Positions 55,210-64,000 of a stretch of DNA of 64,000 nucleotides are shown here, piece by piece. The DNA comes from Trichoplax adhaerens (Eukaryota > Animalia > Placozoa). The notes below the pieces were generated by a model that did not search any database, was not told where the DNA came from, and saw nothing but the letters and a program-made list of their open reading frames with translations. The position numbers and the translations under genes are program-made. Within the stretch, counting starts at the first letter, position 1. Each line of letters starts with the position of its first letter. The stretch covers positions 766,482 through 830,481 of the forward strand of contig NW_002060952.1 of the NCBI RefSeq assembly GCF_000150275.1. Direction: 5' to 3'.

Positions 55210-56561
55210 TGTTACTATTTCGATGTAAAGAATTCCATCTAAATTTTATTTCAGCTATTGATTACGAATTCTTGTGTCCTATTCATTAATATGAAAAATT
55301 AGCAAAGAAATCAATGATTTTGTACATAACTTGACTTTAATTCTTGTTTATTCTACTGTATATTTGAGGCCATCCATTACTTATGTTAGAATATTTCCAT
55401 GATAAATTTTGCTGTGTGTTGACAAATTTGTTATTCAATGCATCGTAACATTCGTTATATTTTGATACAACTATGGAAATGGCTTATAATAGAAGAATTT
55501 ATAAATAGCAGTAGATTATCGAGCTGCATTGCAAACAGTAATTTATTTAACTTCGGCTTTGATTAATCCATTACGCAATATAATATCATGTAAAGTGAGC
55601 CAGTTGATGTTGTTTTTTGTAGACGACATCGATGAGTATCTATTAGATCAATTAATAACTTCAGTGTCTATGACTATAGTATAATGTACAGTATATACAA
55701 GCATAAGCCCATGCAAGCTACTGAGTTCACTAACTAATTAAACGAGACTATGCAGTAACGTAGATATCATTTCCTAACTGCAAATACGCCATTAATTAAT
55801 TTATATATTTATTTAAGAATTTCAACAGACGTAACATCAATTAAAGGAAGATCTTTAATAATCGTTTATAAGTTGTCAGTGAATTCGTGCTGGTTATTGT
55901 AAATTTGCAATCCTGATACTTTGGGGCTAAATTCAAAATTATTATAACATCTTAAGTTCAAGATTCAGTGCGTATTACTTAAGGACTTCAATTTAGATGG
56001 GGAAAATATTTATTAAGAATCTACCAGATTTTTATCAGTCGGTAGGATAAGGATACTTTATTGTGCAAATGTTAATACATACAGCTCCAACTTACAAGAA
56101 AGCGAAATTACGTTTTACCACCTGTCTTAGAGATTGCTATCGAAAGTTAGTATATCTGATCTAAAAGGTGAAAATAATCCATACATTTGCTGTCATTGCG
56201 GTACTATCATGGCTATAATTTGTAGACGTATTGATTCATTAGGTTTTGGATATTTTGAGTGAAAACTCATTTCTTTCAAGAATAAAACAAAAATTGCAAG
56301 CGGAAGAACTTATTACCTCCTTTTGCAGTTGAAGTAAGCTACCGAAGTATATAACTTTTCGGTAAAAATGCAACAGTCATCTCGATCAAAGAAGCAAGAT
56401 GTTTGCTTGGTTTCAATTGCCTTATACAGTTGTTTCTATATCAATTTTTTTGGTTAATAATTAATCCTAGTGGATAAGTGATAGATCAATCACTAGAGCA
56501 TTATGCTGTATGTTGTTACACGCGTAGAAGAGGCCATGAAATGCTTTAATGATAAAGATGT

Positions 56562-57625
56562 TCAAAGAGCCATGACAGCCCAACCGATGATCATCATGGT
56601 ACCACCAAAAGGCGCCAATCGACCATAAGATCTTTTTTCAGCCAAAGCGGCGATATAACAACTGCCACTAAATACTACCATACCAGCCAGTAGCAAACTT
56701 CCAGCCATATCAGCACGGTTTACATTAGCTCGAGAAAGTGCAAGCAGAGCGATTGAATGAAACATATGATATCGATTACCATTAGACCATATTTCCTTGT
56801 ATTCCTGCTTACATTTCAACCCTTAAATAAAATCATCGGATAAGTACTACGTCTATTTTAAAAGGTCGGTCTCAATTTACTGGCATATAAGCAGATAAAC
56901 TCATTTACGAGTCACTTTTTTAATATTTTTAGTAATCATATTACAGTATAGTAATCGTTATGTCAAGATACGCATAGTAGTACTTGTACCCATGACAAGT
57001 GATTTAGCAAATCATTTTTTATTTTTAATGAGGATTAAACCAAAAGTGTACAGTACATAGTCTAATTTAAAAAAATTAATTTAGCGATATGTTTCATGTT
57101 CAATGTTGGATACAAAATTTTAGATCAATATGGAGAATAAAGTTGAAGTATTTCTATATTTCTTATTCTTGATATTTAACTCATGAGTTTGCTATGATAG
57201 ATTAGGTAGATTAATGATTTTGTAGTGCTTGGCTTTTACAACCCCTTCGGTTTGTAATCGTCTAACTCAACATTGAAGCTATTCAAATTGAGCAAATTTC
57301 TAACGTGACACAAGATTAATTAGCTGAAACTACTACAGATCTGTTGGATGTTATTGCAGTTGCTATTTGTTGATGTGCAATTCTAAACCTAATACTACAG
57401 TTGAAATGCAGTGATGTCTAGGACAGCACAACACATCGCTGAATATTCAACTCTTCAATCATTCACTTTGATTATTCTTAATACGATATCCCGACATAAT
57501 ATTCACTAGACTAGTTTCACCCTACATGGCAATAATACTGTACCGTGTGCACCATAAGCTCCTAACGCGACAGCTAGAGCTCCGGAAATTCCAGCAATTT
57601 TGGAAAAGGCACTTTGATTGATCAT
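56562..57625 (-). CDS. TMEM256: Transmembrane protein 256 (DUF423 family), 2 exons, 113 aa
   Basis: Exon 1 57625-57544 MINQSAFSKIAGISGALAVALGAYGAHG; exon 2 56821-56562 with RYHMFHSIALL, FSGSCY, LAPFGGTMMIIGW. Confidence 0.93.
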
Positions 57626-57771
57626 GATCCTTTATTCAGATCGATTGCAATCTTTCCTTGAATACTCCTTTGCACCTTTTTGGGGGGCAATATAAGTTAG
57701 TCAACGAAGGCAGAGATTACCAGGTGCCTTATTTGGATTGATTGGGCTGTTATTCAAGACAGGGCTAAACC

Positions 57772-57948
57772 AGTACTGTACAGTGTACAGTACTGTATAG
57801 TAGCGTAGCCGGCTTAAGGTCTCTCGTATGATAATACAGTATACTGTAATGCATACTGTACACTGTACACTGTACTGTACAGTACTGTACTATACTGTAC
57901 AGTACACTATACTGTACAGTATGTACTATACACTGTACAGTACTGTAC
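57772..57948. repeat. TACAG/CTGTA low-complexity palindromic microsatellite upstream of TMEM256
   Basis: Nearly continuous TACTGTACAGTA-type units 150-320 bp upstream of the TMEM256 ATG. Confidence 0.9.
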
Positions 57949-57984
57949 TTATTGGCCAGGGATCTGCACCATTCGGAAAGGTCA

Positions 57985-58516
57985 ATCCGAAATCAAAATA
58001 GCCATTGGACTTTGGTAGTCTATGCAATTGGGTATCGGCATAATTATGAAGCACATTTCTACAGATGATGTGATAGTTTAGGCTATCCGAAATCAGAATA
58101 GGCATTGGAGTTTAGTAGTCTATGCATCGGAGTTTAGTAGTCCATGAAATCGGGTATCGACATAATTATGAAGCACATTTCTACAGATGATGTGATAGTT
58201 TAGGTTATCCGAAATCAGAATAGGCATTGGAGTTAAGTTGTCTATGCATTGGAGTTTCGTAATCTATGCAATTGGATATCAGCATAATTATGAAGCACAT
58301 TTCTACAGATGATGTGATAGTTTAGGTTATCTAAAATCAGAATAGGCATTGGAGTTTAGTAGTCTATGTATTGGAGTTTCGTAATCTATGCAATTGGGTA
58401 TCGGCATAATTATGAAGCACATTTCTACAGATGATGTGATAGTTTAGGTTATCCGAAATCAGAATAGGCATTGGAGTTTAGTAGTCTATGCAATTGGGTA
58501 TCGGCATAATTATGAA
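57985..58516. repeat. Young tandem repeat (minisatellite), about 4.5 units of 100/122 bp
   Basis: Units start at 57985, 58085, 58207, 58329, 58451 (ATCCGAAATCAGAATAGGCATTGG...GAAGCACATTTCTACAGATGATGTGATAGTTTAGG); the 122-bp units carry an internal ~22-bp duplication. Confidence 0.95.
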
Positions 58517-59655
58517 ATCAAATCAAATCAGCACTTGCTGACTATTTAGTTAATATCGCACACATTAACTTGAAAGATGAGTAAATAAAGGCCTGTTTAC
58601 TGCTCAATTAATATGCGTTACAAGGTATCTTCAAAATAATAAAACAAGAACTACAGTTTCTTGTAAATTATTACATAAATAAGGTAGTTCGCCTTACAAC
58701 GACCAAATTGTAATCTTAAGCTAATTTGGTGCTGCATTTTCATATAATACACTGCAAAACTTACAAGGTGAATAAATCACGGGCACTATTAGTATTCAGT
58801 TGGATGATTACTCGGTTCTATTCAACTTAAATTTCATCACAGTTTATATTCTGATCTGCCATAACTATCGACTCTGCCTTACACAATCTCATCTTCCAGT
58901 AAAGCATGTCTATTTTTTCCAACAAATATTTTACACGCCTGCAGTAATTGGCTATGTAACCTGCTTTCGATATTGCATTTCCTTCCCTTATCAGACGGCC
59001 AATTTAATCAATCAGTACAATAAGCGCAATTTTTCATACTATACTTTATTACTCTCCGATGAAAGTTTACTGTATATCTCACGTCGTCACTGGGTATTTT
59101 TACGATATACTACGTTACAGTTATCAAAAATGAAAAACGTCAAAGCGATTGCATTAGTCAAAATGAAATGCTATAACAACATTGAATCTAAAACTTAACA
59201 TCAAACATTTACTACTTATTTCATTAAATAATTATTATCATATGCGTAGTCATAAAATCAAAATTTTCGAAATACAGACATCGTCTCTATTCATGCTATT
59301 TAATCTATTTTTAATTCATAATATCGTACGCATCTTTAGTTCATATTAATTAACTATTATAAATAACACCAGAATAGAAGATTAAAATGAAAGGCAACTC
59401 AGATATTATACTTAATAAGACTGATATTCCCTTTGCAGTACCGTTGCTTACTATCAGTTGTACTAAATTTGCTACTGTTGTATCATAAGCTAAGATCATA
59501 GAGTAAAATCAGCACTTATGTGTATTCATGTCTTCGTTGTAAAATTAGGTGCGTGCGAAGGCAAATACCCTCAGTTCCGAATTATATTATGGTTACGTTG
59601 CACAACTTCAGGATTAATGAGATTACAAATAATTTGTGGAAGGCTTCGATTGAAA

Positions 59656-62600
59656 TTATTTCTTGACGCTAAGCCAATCCAATACATACGGAGCAAAATA
59701 GGTAATGATAATATCGGCACCTATATGTCAGTTATCAAGTTATCATAAATTTAATAGATAGTAACTAGACCTCATATTTTATAAATATCTTAACTATTTT
59801 AAAATAAATTAAACTTTATTAGTAATCATTAAAGTAACGATAGAACAACCTGCTCTTCGTAAGCCTGTCATAACTTCTAAAACGCCATCATCTAAATTGT
59901 AAAGGCCTTCTTCAGCACCTTTTAATAGCATCGCGTATTCACCTGAGACCTTATGTATTTCAAATAACAAGACATTAATTATACCCCATAGATTAACTAG
60001 AGTAATACACTTTCTTTTTAAATTTTAAATAATAAGATAGTATTAGCAGTTGCTTACCTGATACACAGCTAGCGGTATATCCGGAAACTGCCGTATAATT
60101 AGGACAATGATCGAAATTATTAAAAGATTGTATGCGTGCATGTGTAATTCATAAATTTAATGTTAATGTACTGATTATATTGAGATCGTAACGTACATTG
60201 CTAGATATAAATGCTTATATTAAGAAGATCTTTGCCTTAACAATTGACAAATATCCGATTAGTTACCATTGTTTTGGCATCGCGTAGAATATCTGTGTAG
60301 GCAAAGCTAGGTTTCACCATGAGCATATCTGCCCCTTCATCTATATCTCGTTTCTAGTTAAAGCGAAACTAATTTAGTTATGGGATATCATCGCGACGAT
60401 TAAATATAAGGTTATATTCGCAATTGAGCAAATAATACTTGGGAGAAGAATTTGTATGACCTACCAAGGCACGATGTGCTATCCCACTTGAAGCTGGTGG
60501 TAAGTGATACATTTTCTTGTCCTGCTTTGGTAAGCAACTCTTAGTTGCCTCCCTAGAGTTTGAATAACACATTACTATAGTAGAAGATTATTAAAGCTAG
60601 ATGTAAGCTACATTAAGAGCTTTATTGATACTTTATGAAATGGCAAAGTTATAAATTATCAAGATTTATTACTGGGAATATTAATATTACATTAACACGA
60701 TATAAAACTGAATATGAGAAATGTGACATTAATAATTCAGGTACTGTTCTCTTTTAATTAGATGTTAATCATTTGATATTTACAGGAAGGGGCCATAAAA
60801 GAATGATCTAAATTTTGCGGAGTAGCTAAGGACAGGAATCTATAAAAATAAATTTCACTCTTCATTTACAAGATTGAAATAAGTTGATGCTTACTTTGCT
60901 TAAATGAAAGATGATACGTTTAAGATAAGAAAATCTTGATATGTTGTTATCATCATCAGATATTTCGAATATTAATTAAAATTATGCTATTACAGCTTAC
61001 ATTTTTACCGATATCCTCTATGTTGTCGCCGTTAAATTTAAAGATAATTGAAGTAAATTTATGTTTCACTAGAGTAGATTCTTGATTAATGACCTCGTTA
61101 CTGGCATAACTATCGTAGTAGGATAAACAAATCAATTTATGCAAACCTTGTTGCCAAAACCGTTCTCCTTCAAAGCTGATTTAATTGCAGCAACTCTTCC
61201 ATCCATCATGGAAGATGGAGCAATGACATCGCAACCTAATAATGATAGTACATTTTATCTTTTGATTGGTACTTTATGAAAAATTTGCACGTTATGCAAC
61301 GTTAAAAGATAGAAATGCTTTTACTTTAGCGTTATAACGCCTAGTATATCGAATTTTGAATATTTTGCAGCACTTACAAATAGTATCACATTGTTATAGA
61401 ATTACGCTATACTGTGATATACTATATTCATTGTAATCGATCATAGATAACATGAAAGATCGAAATTATATCTCAACGAGATGATTAAAATTTCCGGGTT
61501 AGATGAAATAACGATAGAGTGTTTATTTCCGTATTGATATGCACTCAGTTTTCTACCTGCTTTCGCAAAATTAACAGAAATTTCAGCAAGTCTTTTTACT
61601 GAAGCATCTATGTCGATATCGCCATTGTCACAGCAAATACCTACAGCAAAAGCGTTTATAACAGAATTAGAGATGTACTATTAACAATTGCACAATGCTT
61701 TTGATCATTATTAAGAATAGGCAATGTACATACTATAAGATTATTTTATTATGATTTTACTATAAGCTATTTTACTGATTGTTTAAAAAACAGAAATTTA
61801 TAGTATAATCGATTACATCGGAATCTAAACTATTAGGGATCCAAGAATACACTAAGATTATACAATTTATACTTTTGAAATATTAATTCGAATCTAGTTG
61901 GCATGATATGCTAATACATTCTAAAAATGACTTTCAATTAAGATATCATTATAGCCCCTGTTATTTAAATATTATACAGAGTATGAAGCATTTGTAAATG
62001 TAACTTGTTGAAACACGTAGATATACTCTGTTTCATGATTACTGTAATAAAATGAGATATTTAACCTGTATAAACTTTCAAAGCGGTAAATCAATGTGAA
62101 AAAGCCACCTAACCGTATTTTACTGAGAGAGCATTGACTAACTATTACGTTTCATATTGGAGAGTATAAATTAATCCTTCAGTTTAAGAATTTCTATCCT
62201 AGCTACGACAGTATGATTTATCTTTGACAATGGTAAACAGTTAATAATTTTATAAAAATATTATGATATTATAATTCACTCGGGATTGCTAAACTGATTA
62301 AGATAGATAGCTAAATTTATAACTGTTTCCTCATTAATAAGTCATATCGGAGCGAAAAACGTAACAATAAACGAATAACTTGTTGCTGCCTTAATTTAAA
62401 CTAAAGCCTTTTCGTATACTTCACGGTCTCATTAATTAAATTAAACGATAAGATACTTGACATCTTTTAATAAAATTTAAATCCAAAGAAAATGTCAGTA
62501 GATAGTAACAGCCTTACTACAATTTAATTTATTAGGAGTCTAATGTTAACGGAGGATAAGAACTAACTATTAACAGAAAGACCTCACTTTATATACAACT

Positions 62601-64000
62601 GGTAAACATCACCTGCCATCTTACAAGTTACTACAGCTTCCTAATTAATGGTGTAGGAGCTTCTACTAACACCATAGTGTCTTATATTATCGTCTATCTT
62701 TCCAAATACGGTATAGATAACAACAACTGATTACATTGTTCATGTACTTTTAGTCGACAATACTATTATAATCATCATTTTAGATAAGATATCCCTACTA
62801 ATATAGGATCTCCTATATTAACGTTAACAGCTATTTAAATTAATTAATCTCGCTAGCGTTACACATCTTGATTACGTATTGATTACAGCGAACTGAATAA
62901 TGTAAAATAATCTATTAAGTTTTATCATAGTATTGCACCGTAGGTAAAGATAAGGTGCACTACTGCTTACAAAGAAAAAGAATAAATAAATAGATAAAAT
63001 TTACCTAATTGGTATATTTCCTACTAATCAATCATGGAATCTCTTTCTAAAATCATTGTGCTGTACAGTATAAAACCCCATGATATTTTTATTGTATCAT
63101 TATATATTGTCTGATGAATGTGATTTGAAGATATAGTTTACGTTATACTAAGATATCTTGTCAGAATTATGCCTTCTATCAATAGCTAGCACATCGTTAA
63201 GACTCATTCATGATTACAGACTATGGGGCGGCTAGGAAACTAAATAATAACATTTCCTTCTTTTGTGAACTGTTTGCACCCGCATATACGTGTCTTTGAA
63301 TGACAATTACATGACTGATCAGTTAGATTTACTTAAATAAACCCTGGGTGGCTATGGCAATTATAGGCGACAATGCTAGGCTGTATTAACAACCGATAAC
63401 TTACATGTTATAATGCGTAAAAATATATACAATAAAAGTATGTGTAAATATAAGTCTGCAAAGTGCATTAAATACTATTCAAATTAAAACGACTTTATAA
63501 ACGTAGAATATGAACATACTACAGACGATTGTTTAGTATACAACGCAAATTTATTTATACAATCAACAATGATACTTATGTTACTGAATGTCAAAGATTG
63601 CATGATTTAATAATGTCAAACAATCAATTTTGAGTAGTGCAGCCTTACCACAATGTCCAGTACTTGTATAACTACAAATGCAAACGTCCGCAATGATGAG
63701 AATATTAGGAAAGGCACTTCGTAGTTTACGAATAGCTTGCATTGCTGGGGCATTTTCCGAGTCAGCATTTGAACCACGAACATCCTGTATCATTCCAAAC
63801 GAAAAGACTGATCAAAATTATAGCTATTTGGTTGTATAATATCCCTTAGATTTCTTGGCGCAGGGAAAACTGTTACAATTTGTGCGCGATCAAGCACATG
63901 TTAAAGATAGAAATAAAGCTTGGGCATTACGATGCTGAACTAGGTGGGAGTTACCTTGGATAGGTTTTGTAAAACGCCGAAGATTAACACTGATGTTAAA
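59656..64000 (-). CDS. ALAD: Delta-aminolevulinic acid dehydratase / porphobilinogen synthase-like protein, 3' portion (5' end outside window), divergent active site
   Basis: Exons at about >64000-63955 (SVLIFGV), 63784-63649 ([14 protein letters not shown]), 61640-61557, 61235-61147 ([10 protein letters not shown]), 60839-60784 (SYSAKF..FYGPF), 60552-60462, 60354-60268 ([10 protein letters not shown]), 60087-60058, 59949-59850 (VSGEYAM), 59720-59656 (GADIIITYF). Confidence 0.93.

Noticed and set aside
57985-58516. CRISPR-like array
   Set aside because: Whole units repeat with no unique spacers; eukaryotic context and no cas genes.
58800-59198. 132-aa ORF on the plus strand
   Set aside because: Non-ATG start, no recognisable domain, composition typical of non-coding AT-rich DNA downstream of ALAD.

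Overview
AT-rich eukaryotic (animal) genomic DNA with short GT-AG introns and one assembly gap (30739-31044). The gene content and style are most consistent with a placozoan such as Trichoplax (inference). The left ~38 kb is gene-poor and holds four intronless rhodopsin-class GPCR paralogues with a shared ECL2 signature; one has lost almost all activation motifs. The right ~25 kb is a compact block of multi-exon genes: GLTP (-), RAD51D (+), a 226-aa signal-peptide/transmembrane/coiled-coil protein (-), BRAP (+), TMEM256 (-) and the 3' part of an ALAD/porphobilinogen synthase-like gene (-). Mobile and repetitive DNA includes two copies of a non-autonomous Helitron, a candidate solo LTR, and several tandem repeats. 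The most notable observations are: (1) the ALAD-like protein keeps its Schiff-base lysines, Zn cysteines and P-site but has replaced the A-site residues (YGPFR to YGPFL, APSD to APSS, YQ to YH); (2) TACAG/CTGTA microsatellite tracts cluster at housekeeping promoters and occur as extra blocks in the Helitron copy lying in a promoter region; (3) GLTP has a 1-nt frameshift right after its ATG; (4) RAD51D needs a 10-nt microexon.
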